From IMG/VR virus record IMGVR_UViG_3300014059_000011, positions 3,004-67,003 of that record: a stretch of 64,000 bases of DNA; one strand, written 5' to 3'. This document shows, in pieces, positions 56,230 through 64,000 of the stretch. This DNA comes from a virus. Taxonomy: Duplodnaviria; Caudoviricetes. A program made the position numbers and the translations under genes. A model generated the notes under the pieces. That model did not search any database, was not told where the DNA came from, and was given only the letters and a program-made list of their open reading frames with translations. Each line of letters begins with the position of its first letter. The first letter of the stretch is position 1.

Positions 56230-58287
56230 TTAGATTGAGCAGGCTGAGTAGCAGCCATTAGGGCAGGACGTACACCCGTCGTTCTTCACAAGAAGCTCTC
56301 CACACGAGAAGCAATTCTCTGCTTCATGCTGTGGAACATTTTCGAGCACCTGCTCATGACGAGAACCGTCACGATAGATTGTTACACCCTTGCATCCCAT
56401 CTTGAATGCATTACGATATAGCTCATCTGTTTGCTCAATTGTGAACTCATGAGGAACATTGGTTGTCTTGCTAATCGCAGAATCAACCCATCTCTGAACA
56501 GCAGCCTGAACCTTCAGATGCTCCATTGGAGTTAGGTCCATAGCCGTCACACAATAATCAGGAAGATTATTGATGTCGAGATTTAGATGATCAAGTACAG
56601 CAACACGCTCAACGTGAACACCAAGTCTAGATGTTCTCTTTGTAACCCATCCATGGAACGGTTCAATTCCGGTTGATGTTCCAACCATTGTCCCCGTCGT
56701 TCCGGTGGGAGCCTGTGTCAACAGACACACATTCCTCAAGCCATATTCACGAATCTGGTCACGAACAAAGTCAGGAAGACCCTTTGCATATCCTGACTCC
56801 AAGAACTTATCAGCATCAAAAGCAGGGAATGATCCCTTCTCCTGTGCAAGAGCAATTGATGCAAGATATGCCTGACATGCGATGAATGAGAACAGACCAT
56901 CAAGGTGCTGCACTGACTCATCTGATCCATAGCGAATTCTCTTTCTGATGAGATATTCTCCAAGACCCATTGTTCCAAGACCAATGCGACGATTGTTCTT
57001 GTGTGATTCCTCAATCTCATCAAAGTGATAATTGTTCACATCGATAACGTTGTCAAGAAGTCGTACCGACCAATAGATTGTGTTACGAAGCTTCTCTAGA
57101 TCTGTATTACCATCATCATCAACAAACTTAGATAGATTGATGGCTCCAAGCGTACAAACACCAAACGGCTCTAGGGGCTGCTCCCCACATGGATTGGTTG
57201 CAACAAGCGGAGCGAAATAATATGAGTTTGACATATCATTTGAGTGCTCCAAAAAGTGAAGGCCAGGCTCTGCTGATGACCATGCTGATTCAATCAGTTG
57301 ATCCCAAATCTCTCTTGCCTTGATAGTTCTGTGTACCTTGACAGGATATCCCTTCCTTGTCCAATAGAAGATATCACCATCCCACTCGTCATCGTACTTC
57401 ACAAATGACGTGTCAGGGTATCGTAAATCCCAATCACCATCATCTTCTACAGCAGCCATGAAATCATTAGAGATACAAACACTCATGTTTGTATTCTCAA
57501 ACTTACCGGGCTTCTTCTTGGCGTCAATAAATTCCAAAATGTCAGGATGCCAATCCCACATCATGAGCATCGTTGCTCCACGACGAGAACCACCCTGTTC
57601 AATCAAACCTGTCTCAACGTCAAATAGCTCACCCCACGATACAGCACCCGAAGATGTTCCATTGACGCCTAGTACAGTGTTGTAGCGGGGTCTGATGGAC
57701 GACAGATTAACACCTACACCACCACCCCTAGCGTGCGTTTCGGCCATGAGGCCGACTGAATGAATGATGCCCATTCTTGAATCCTCAGGGTTCGGAATGA
57801 CATAGCAGTTATTCATTGTGAATTCTTCGATCCCCGCACCTGCCAAAATTCTTCCACCGGGAACCATGTAGTCAAGAAGAACCTCTTGAAAGTTTCTACG
57901 AACCTTTCCTCTAATCTCTGGACTCTCTGCATTGCTCAATGCATCGGCTACCCTCAGCTTCACCTGCTCAGGATGCTTTTCCTTTGGCCTTGAAATCAGG
58001 TCGAAATCTTGTTCAACTTCACCACCCTCCCAAAGCTCTACGACTGCGGTAGACTCTTTGACTTCCTTGATCCATCCAAGTTCCTTCTTCGGAAACTTAT
58101 CGTGCTTTTCAGTCACAACGATTACCAGATCACCATCTGACAATCTGCCTTTCGGACTTTTAAGTGTGTATCTGTCAAGAAAGATTTTGTACCCCTGATA
58201 TCCGCTATCTGCGAAAAGATCGGGGAGTGTATCTCTGGCATCCGACGTAGTGTCAGAGACTTCAATTTGTTGTTCAACGATCGCCAC
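56230..58287 (-). CDS. nrdJ: Class II (B12-dependent) ribonucleotide reductase
   Basis: PGGRIL, NNCYV, RRGA.M, TNPCGEQPL...CTLG, APTGT; C-terminal Cys cluster. Confidence 0.93.
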   Translation of the reverse strand: MAIVEQQIEVSDTTSDARDTLPDLFADSGYQGYKIFLDRYTLKSPKGRLSDGDLVIVVTEKHDKFPKKELGWIKEVKESTAVVELWEGGEVEQDFDLISRPKEKHPEQVKLRVADALSNAESPEIRGKVRRNFQEVLLDYMVPGGRILAGAGIEEFTMNNCYVIPNPEDSRMGIIHSVGLMAETHARGGGVGVNLSSIRPRYNTVLGVNGTSSGAVSWGELFDVETGLIEQGGSRRGATMLMMWDWHPDILEFIDAKKKPGKFENTNMSVCISNDFMAAVEDDGDWDLRYPDTSFVKYDDEWDGDIFYWTRKGYPVKVHRTIKAREIWDQLIESAWSSAEPGLHFLEHSNDMSNSYYFAPLVATNPCGEQPLEPFGVCTLGAINLSKFVDDDGNTDLEKLRNTIYWSVRLLDNVIDVNNYHFDEIEESHKNNRRIGLGTMGLGEYLIRKRIRYGSDESVQHLDGLFSFIACQAYLASIALAQEKGSFPAFDADKFLESGYAKGLPDFVRDQIREYGLRNVCLLTQAPTGTTGTMVGTSTGIEPFHGWVTKRTSRLGVHVERVAVLDHLNLDINNLPDYCVTAMDLTPMEHLKVQAAVQRWVDSAISKTTNVPHEFTIEQTDELYRNAFKMGCKGVTIYRDGSRHEQVLENVPQHEAENCFSCGELLVKNDGCTSCPNGCYSACSI

Positions 58288-58313
58288 TTATACCTCCTTA
58301 TGTATAAAGATAG

Positions 58314-58359
58314 ATCAAGCCAAGTCTCTAGTAAAACAGCGCAAGAGGCTTGGCTTGAT
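58314..58359. repeat. Inverted repeat upstream of nrdJ
   Basis: ATCAAGCCAAGTCTCT ... AGAGGCTTGGCTTGAT (one mismatch). Confidence 0.6.
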
Positions 58360-58407
58360 TTGCGTTTTCTTATTGAATTCAATCTATCGCAGATAGATTT
58401 TTTTTGC

Positions 58408-59397
58408 TTAAATTGCCAACTGCTCTACCTTGTCACCAAGGATTTCCAGAATCTGATCGGCAACATGATCCCATGTTCTTGTGTTGTGAATGATGTTGGC
58501 AGAGTGCATTGCCTTGACCTTCTCGTCATTGTAATTCTCTGTCACATGCAACATGAGTTCTTTCATGTGATCAACATCAGGCTCAACCCACATTCCGAGA
58601 TGAATGCCAACACCGGTTGTCGGAGTCGAATTCAGAGGCATGCTCATCTCAGCATACTCTGTGCAACCAGTTGCGTTTGTAACAATCGTAGGCATTCCGG
58701 TAGCAATGGCCTGAAAGGGGATACACCCGAAACCTTCGCCGTTCGTTGGATACACCATGCAGTGCGATCTTGCATAGACGGCATACAAATCCTCAGTATC
58801 AAGCTTCTGCTCAATAACCTTAATCTGCGGATGGCTTCTTATGTTGCCCATATACTTGCCATCCTTATACCACCTTGCTTCTGATGGTCCGTTCGTTTTT
58901 AGGATCAATTCATAGTCATCGTTACCACCGAACAACTCGATGAACGCATCGACAACCTTTTGTCCACCCTTCCGTTCTGTTGGACCACCAACATGCAGAA
59001 AGCGAAACTTGCCGCCCACAAACCTATCTGTGATTTTCCAAACCTCTTGATCAATTCCATGAGGTACATTTCTAATAACATCATTTACATTGTAAGATTC
59101 AAAAACTTCTTTACAAAATTCTGATGTTGTCCAGATTTCATCCATGCCCTGCATGATTTGCACCCACGATTCTGGAATCTCTGTTGATTCCCATGGAGTA
59201 AACCCGACACGGAATTGCTCATTTGAGCCGCGGTACATCTGCGGCTGAACGAAGGAAACGTGAACCTTCTGCTCTCTTCCATCATACCAGACTTTCACGC
59301 CCTTGCGTTGCAAAGCCTCAATCATGGATACGGCGGTATATCCGTATCCAACCCCTACGCCAACAGGGGGTGTCCACCAACCAATCGCTTTTGTCAT
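58408..59397 (-). CDS. Glycosyltransferase, GT-B/GT4-like
   Basis: RKGG, YPTNGEGFGCIPFQAIATGMP. Confidence 0.9.
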   Translation of the reverse strand: MTKAIGWWTPPVGVGVGYGYTAVSMIEALQRKGVKVWYDGREQKVHVSFVQPQMYRGSNEQFRVGFTPWESTEIPESWVQIMQGMDEIWTTSEFCKEVFESYNVNDVIRNVPHGIDQEVWKITDRFVGGKFRFLHVGGPTERKGGQKVVDAFIELFGGNDDYELILKTNGPSEARWYKDGKYMGNIRSHPQIKVIEQKLDTEDLYAVYARSHCMVYPTNGEGFGCIPFQAIATGMPTIVTNATGCTEYAEMSMPLNSTPTTGVGIHLGMWVEPDVDHMKELMLHVTENYNDEKVKAMHSANIIHNTRTWDHVADQILEILGDKVEQLAI

Positions 59398-59642
59398 CAG
59401 TCCTTATCTTTCATTATCTGCTCTCCCGTAAACCAAGAGAAAACCTTTACTCCATTTTTTGCAAACTTTTCTGCGACATCTTGAGATATCGTCAGATAGA
59501 TTTGTCTGCTACAAAAACCACATAAAGTAATGGCATTGTAGTCATCACCATCAAAAAAGATTGACATTTGATCGGGTCGCGATATGATCGACGGTCCACA
59601 ATCTTCACATCGGACCTTGCCGATGCGCTGAGTTTTGTTCAT
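59397..59642 (-). CDS. Small CxxC protein
   Basis: CEDCG...CGFC; leaderless TATGCT-6 nt-ATG. Confidence 0.65.
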   Translation of the reverse strand: MNKTQRIGKVRCEDCGPSIISRPDQMSIFFDGDDYNAITLCGFCSRQIYLTISQDVAEKFAKNGVKVFSWFTGEQIMKDKD

Positions 59643-59708
59643 GTAACCAGCATATCAGATTTGATGTCAAATTACGCTCTTCAAAAAAAAAGATGATATA
59701 CTGTAACT
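59643..59708. promoter_or_regulatory. Divergent leaderless promoters with a central palindrome and an A9 tract
   Basis: TATGCT (minus, 59649-54); ATTTGA-TG-TCAAAT (59659-72); A9 (59683-91); TG-a-TATACT (plus, 59697-702). Confidence 0.6.
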
Positions 59709-60053
59709 ATGACTGTACCGGCAACTTTAAATCTAGAAGAAGTTCAGGGCGATGATTGGCTGATTACATGCAATGTGATTGATATCAATGGTTATGCCGT
59801 TGATCTTACTGGATCGACATATACAGGTCAAATTAGAAGAAGCAAGACAAAAAACTCTCCTGTTGCAGCTTCGTTCTCAATTGACACCACAGACTTAGCT
59901 ACTGGAACATTCGTTCTATCTCTAAGTGCTGCCGAATCTAGCCTTCTTACGTCAAGATACTACTACTATGACATTCAGCAATCAGATTATTTCGGATTTA
60001 AGACAACAACTCTTTCTGGCAAGATCACAATGATCAGAGAGGTTACTGCATAA
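59709..60053 (+). CDS. Ig-like virion accessory protein (BppU-N-like)
   Basis: QGDD...VDLTG...GQIR...YYYDIQ...LSG.I pattern. Confidence 0.7.
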   Translation: MTVPATLNLEEVQGDDWLITCNVIDINGYAVDLTGSTYTGQIRRSKTKNSPVAASFSIDTTDLATGTFVLSLSAAESSLLTSRYYYYDIQQSDYFGFKTTTLSGKITMIREVTA

Positions 60054-61126
60054 TGCCAGAAGTGATTACTATCATCGTTGACACAACTGAGACTATTGAT
60101 ATCAATCAATCACCCTCCGACCCTGTTGCTATTATTTCACAGATTGGATCAACTGGCCCACCTGGGCAAGATGGTGTATCTGGCGCAACCCTTCACGCAG
60201 AATTAACGGATACTGATACTGATGGGCACCCAGCTTCGGCAATTACTGGATTAGGTGGAGCAGCAGTTCTAAATGTTGGCACAACAGCAGGAACCGTAGC
60301 TGCCGGTGATGATTCAAGATTTACAAACTCACGTACTCCTACCGCTCATGCTTCTAGTCATGCCGGAAACGGAAGCGATCCTATTTCAGCTCTAGGTCCG
60401 TTAACTATTACAAATACAGCAACTAATACTGTACCCTTATTAGTTAAAGGATATTTAAATCAAGACGTAGATTTGCTAACTGTGAAAAATTCATCTAATG
60501 TAGATAGATTAAGAGTTGCTTACGATGGCGGAGTATATATTGGAATTAGCGGTTCTAGTTATCTGCAAGATACATCATCACAATTACAGAATCTGAAAGC
60601 AGTTACATCTAGTGCTTCTAATATTCCTCTTGTCACTAAAGGTGCAGCTTCACAATCAGCCAACCTCCAGGAGTGGCAGAGCAGCGCCGGTGCCGTGTTG
60701 GCGAACATCGACGCCTCTGGTCACTTGAAGTTCGGTGGGGCCATGTCTTTCTATGAGAAAGCGAACATCTTCTACTTCAACAACGACCCCGGCTACACGA
60801 GCTTTCAGATCATCGCCAACGGCATCCGCACCAACCTACGTGGCAACTACGGTGTGGACGTTACGTCACAGACGTCCAGTCCCACCCTCGCCGTCAAGGG
60901 CTACGTCGCTCAGTCGGGCAACCTCCATGAGTGGCAGAACTCGGCTGGTACGGCTCGCGCCTCCGTCACCGCCGCAGGCTTGCACAAGTGGGCGTCCGAT
61001 AATGAGCAGACCACCGTTGGCGCTGCCGGTGCAGCTTCAGCCCTTCCTGCTTCTCCAACAAAGTATCTAAAAATCGTGGGGTCTGATGGTGTTACTTATG
61101 TTATCCCCGCATTTGCCGTATCATGA
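60053..61126 (+). CDS. Fibre/spike-like virion protein with three internal repeats
   Basis: GPPGQDG, HASSHA.NGSDP; three (L/V)KG...Q..(D/N)L..W.(N/S)S.G repeats. Confidence 0.75.
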   Translation: MPEVITIIVDTTETIDINQSPSDPVAIISQIGSTGPPGQDGVSGATLHAELTDTDTDGHPASAITGLGGAAVLNVGTTAGTVAAGDDSRFTNSRTPTAHASSHAGNGSDPISALGPLTITNTATNTVPLLVKGYLNQDVDLLTVKNSSNVDRLRVAYDGGVYIGISGSSYLQDTSSQLQNLKAVTSSASNIPLVTKGAASQSANLQEWQSSAGAVLANIDASGHLKFGGAMSFYEKANIFYFNNDPGYTSFQIIANGIRTNLRGNYGVDVTSQTSSPTLAVKGYVAQSGNLHEWQNSAGTARASVTAAGLHKWASDNEQTTVGAAGAASALPASPTKYLKIVGSDGVTYVIPAFAVS

Positions 61127-61181
61127 TTGCATTAATGAAAATCTTAATATATAATGAATTAGATAACAAGGAGTTTATAGT

Positions 61182-61631
61182 ATGACCGATGAAATTGATC
61201 CAGTGATTCAGAAGGCTTTGGAGGCCCAAGCAAAGATGCTTCTAGCTGCAAAGCTAGATGCTGAGTTTGGATCAGCACAAGCTGACCTTAGAGCTAATGA
61301 TAAGGATGATCCTTTCACTCCCACTCAAGCAGAGGAAGTTCAAGCTGCTTCTGCTGAAGTTGCAGGCAGATTTGAAACTGTTGCTACTGCTGCCGGGGTA
61401 GACGAAAATGATATCCGTCCAGAAGTAGAGTCTCAGCGAAGAAAAGATCTAACGGCCGCTCTAGAAACATGGAGAAAAGATTTAGCAATTCATGAGTCAT
61501 TTCTGAACAACCCTGAAATGTGGGGCGGTGTGGATTTCTCTGGTACTCCATTAAATGCCGAAGAGCAAGCTGTACATGTCAAGACATTGAAAGCAGCAGT
61601 TGCTGCTGCCGAAGCTGAACTAGCTTCTTAA
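61182..61631 (+). CDS. Helical acidic protein (possible fibre chaperone)
   Basis: RBS AAGGAG; follows the fibre gene. Confidence 0.65.
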   Translation: MTDEIDPVIQKALEAQAKMLLAAKLDAEFGSAQADLRANDKDDPFTPTQAEEVQAASAEVAGRFETVATAAGVDENDIRPEVESQRRKDLTAALETWRKDLAIHESFLNNPEMWGGVDFSGTPLNAEEQAVHVKTLKAAVAAAEAELAS

Positions 61632-61774
61632 ATAGCCTTTGGTGTTGCCTTTGCAGCCTTGTTCATCCCGCCACATTGACAGGGGACATATCGTCCTTCC
61701 TGATCATAATACAGCGACTCACCACATGCTTTACATGAGAGCTTAGCTCTCCTTAGCTTGTCAAACTTTTCCAT
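61628..61774 (-). CDS. Small zinc-finger protein
   Basis: MEKFDKLRRAKLSCKACG...CQCGG; start overlaps the HNH end. Confidence 0.5.
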   Translation of the reverse strand: MEKFDKLRRAKLSCKACGESLYYDQEGRYVPCQCGGMNKAAKATPKAI

Positions 61775-62126
61775 TCTTACCAACCTTTCTAGGCTTTCTA
61801 TTTCGCCTCGTTCTATTATTATAACGTGCTTTCTTTGAGCATCGCTTACCTGGCCTTGCCAGCTTCTTGCGTCTTGGACGCTTACGCATCTGAATATAAA
61901 CCTTGGTTGCACCAGCAATGCTAATACGCTCTCTCGCCTGAAGGCGATGAACACCATTATGGCATTTTTGGCATAGAGGCAAAAGATCAATATCTTCCTC
62001 GGCCCCAAAATTTTCGTAGTTCAGATGATGAAGATGAATATTCTCTTCGGCCTTGCAGGCCGCACAAATCTTGTCGTGCAGCGCAAAATACTGCTCTCTC
62101 CTTCTTCTCCATTTTGTGGAGTTCAT
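61761..62126 (-). CDS. HNH endonuclease with a basic tail
   Basis: CAAC...HLHHLNY...LLPLCQKCHNGVH. Confidence 0.85.
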   Translation of the reverse strand: MNSTKWRRRREQYFALHDKICAACKAEENIHLHHLNYENFGAEEDIDLLPLCQKCHNGVHRLQARERISIAGATKVYIQMRKRPRRKKLARPGKRCSKKARYNNRTRRNRKPRKVGKNGKV

Positions 62127-62162
62127 GTATTGAGAGTAACCAGCAGTCCTAGCCAGAGAGCA

Positions 62163-62372
62163 TTACACCGCCTCGTCGTCCTCAAACTCAAAAGGCGTAG
62201 GAGGCTGCACTGACATTACCGGATCAATACAGTGGGGAGTGTCAAAGAGAATGTCATACAGAATGAACGCATTCTCATCAACGGATTCACGCAAACCGTC
62301 TACGTCATCAGTCAAACAGCTAATTTCAATCGAGACTCTTACATTGGTCAAATTATCTGACATTGTTACCAA
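62163..62372 (-). CDS. Hypothetical protein
   Basis: Acidic 69-aa ORF. Confidence 0.55.
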   Translation of the reverse strand: MVTMSDNLTNVRVSIEISCLTDDVDGLRESVDENAFILYDILFDTPHCIDPVMSVQPPTPFEFEDDEAV

Positions 62373-62415
62373 CTTCCATATGATTGATTGGATGAATTTT
62401 TATTTTGCATAACAG

Positions 62416-62489
62416 AGCCGATGCCCGGAATCGAACCGAGTCTATTCTTCTTTACAAGAGAAGCGCAGCACCATTTCTGCATCATCGGC
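62416..62489 (-). tRNA. trnT: tRNA-Thr(TGT), no encoded CCA
   Basis: GCCGATG/CATCGGC; CTTCT-CTTGTAA-AGAAG; CTCGG-TTCGATT-CCGGG. Confidence 0.92.
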
Positions 62490-62504
62490 AAGAACTTCAT
62501 TATA

Positions 62505-62837
62505 TCAAGGATATACTTGCTTTACACTCACAGTATCAATTGAAGTATCAATTTGAGTTTTGAGAGTGTACTTTGTTTCAGGACAGTTAGTGATGCTTAC
62601 TCTCCACCCTAGAGGAAGAATCTGACCATCATGAAGTTGGAAGACAGATGCCGCCCACACGCACTCATCTTCAAGCGAATATCTTACATAGCACCCCTCG
62701 CCATGATCTGTGATAACTTGAAAAAGAGCATTGTAAGCACCATTTACATAGTGCTCGCTTACGCTTTTCTTACCCTTGATGTACGTAGTTACGTATACAA
62801 TGTCGTCGCTGTATCCTTCAAATGTTACAATCATCAT
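62505..62837 (-). CDS. Hypothetical protein
   Basis: FEGYSDD start motif. Confidence 0.65.
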   Translation of the reverse strand: MMIVTFEGYSDDIVYVTTYIKGKKSVSEHYVNGAYNALFQVITDHGEGCYVRYSLEDECVWAASVFQLHDGQILPLGWRVSITNCPETKYTLKTQIDTSIDTVSVKQVYP

Positions 62838-63518
62838 TTATCCCTTATTGAATGGAGTGTCGTATGTTTCATGGCCAGGCTCCCCGCCCCACTTTGAAAC
62901 ATAGTATTGTCTATTTCTTACGAACAGCGGAGGTGGAACAACAGGCTTCTTTGGGCTGTGATTCTGAGTTTGAGAACCAAAGTGATACATCACTGCTGCC
63001 TTGACACCTTCGGCCCTCAATCCTAGAAGGTTAACTCTACGATGATAATCATTATCCTCGAAATAAGCGGGGGTGAAGTTCTCATCAAAGTCACCAACCA
63101 TATCATACGTCATCTGTGTCATCATGAAACATGCAAAGTCTGGTCCAGAGGGCGGAGCGCCGATATCATCAAGAGAAGGCTCTTCTAGATTCAAAACATC
63201 ATCTGGACCCATCACGCCTCTGGCATTTGTAGCCGTCGCAACAGCCAAACCTTGATGCTGCCCCGGCCCTAATGTGTCTACCATGGCATCAATAGCCCAT
63301 GGGGAAAGAAGAACGTCGTCATTCATAACAAGTGCAAAATCACAATTCTTGCGAAAGGCTTCTCTCATTCCATAATTCCAGGCTCCCGATAGAGGACGTT
63401 GATGACGATACTGTGGAATCACAAATGTCTCAAGTGTATGTGCTGACCTTAAATGTGCGATCAAATCGACTGCCATTTTGTACTGCGACAACACTGGTAT
63501 AACCACACCTATCTTCAT
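62838..63518 (-). CDS. Glycosyltransferase, GT-A/GT2
   Basis: VVIPV, AWNYG, MNDDV (DxD-like), FDENF.PAYFEDND. Confidence 0.9.
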   Translation of the reverse strand: MKIGVVIPVLSQYKMAVDLIAHLRSAHTLETFVIPQYRHQRPLSGAWNYGMREAFRKNCDFALVMNDDVLLSPWAIDAMVDTLGPGQHQGLAVATATNARGVMGPDDVLNLEEPSLDDIGAPPSGPDFACFMMTQMTYDMVGDFDENFTPAYFEDNDYHRRVNLLGLRAEGVKAAVMYHFGSQTQNHSPKKPVVPPPLFVRNRQYYVSKWGGEPGHETYDTPFNKG

Positions 63519-63985
63519 TTGAATTCCTTGTATCTAGTGTAGAAATCGATGATTGGAAATTCCATCCTTATCGACTCTTGATGATTATCTAATTTTCTTG
63601 AATAAGCGTACTGGAACCCAAGCGACTCATACAGTCTCAGCGCAGCAAAGTTATGAGATAACACCTCAAGATAAATAAGCTGCGTATCAAACTGGCTGTA
63701 AACCTCATTCATGACCTGAGGATAAAGACCCTTTGCAATCCCTTGCCCTCGAAACCTTTCGTCAAGATCAGCACCAATACATACAGGCCATTGATCATAT
63801 CGTGGTGATAACCTAAAGTATCCGATCATTGATTCTTCAGTCGTAAGAATCGGATAGTACATGCTATCTATCCGCTTGATGTACCATTTGATAGTATCAT
63901 CTAATGAGAAGTGTCTTTGATCGTGAAGAAATTTTCTACATGAATTGCGAATACGATTGAACTCAGGAAGTTGATCGTCACGCAT
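63515..63985 (-). CDS. GNAT N-acetyltransferase
   Basis: RGQGIAK, LEVLSHNFAALRLYESLGF. Confidence 0.88.
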   Translation of the reverse strand: MRDDQLPEFNRIRNSCRKFLHDQRHFSLDDTIKWYIKRIDSMYYPILTTEESMIGYFRLSPRYDQWPVCIGADLDERFRGQGIAKGLYPQVMNEVYSQFDTQLIYLEVLSHNFAALRLYESLGFQYAYSRKLDNHQESIRMEFPIIDFYTRYKEFK

Positions 63986-64000
63986 CTCTTCCGCCTGAAG

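Noticed and set aside
59643-61640. Site-specific invertible segment explaining the plus-strand island
   Set aside because: No flanking inverted repeats and no recombinase gene were found in the window.
1-64000. Alternative genetic code, DGR/retron or integrase
   Set aside because: Long conserved genes are intact under code 11, and no reverse transcriptase, TR/VR pair, integrase or att site was recognised.

Overview
A 64-kb segment of a large tailed dsDNA phage (siphovirus-type), with almost all genes on the minus strand. In transcription order (high to low coordinate) it carries: a GNAT/glycosyltransferase block; a short plus-strand fibre-gene island; class II ribonucleotide reductase; portal, protease/scaffold, capsid, head-tail joining, tail, tail chaperone (-1 frameshift), tape measure and minor tail genes; a replication block (helicase, primase, SSB, nucleotide-pool enzymes, DnaE, RecA-like, Cas4-like and RuvC-like nucleases); a terminase ~40 kb from the portal; and a small-gene region with a CCA-adding enzyme and tRNAs (five intact tRNAs in the window). 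From recall, not a search, the gene order resembles large Streptomyces siphoviruses (clusters BE/BK). That resemblance and the many leaderless promoters suggest an actinobacterial host. The most notable observation is that two free-standing homing endonucleases appear to have inserted inside genes and each supplies a recoded replacement for what it broke. An HNH splits a tRNA-Leu(UAA) at the anticodon and carries a complete different tRNA-Leu(UAA). An EndoVII gene splits a CxxC gene after ~13 codons and re-encodes its N-terminus in an overlapping frame. Other highlights are an apparently circularly permuted GHKL ATPase fused to an HExxH domain, a four-copy translationally chained paralog array, an Acb1-like 2H phosphoesterase, a palindromic operator candidate and a GC-mosaic fibre gene. 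All product calls come from motif recognition by eye; no database was searched.
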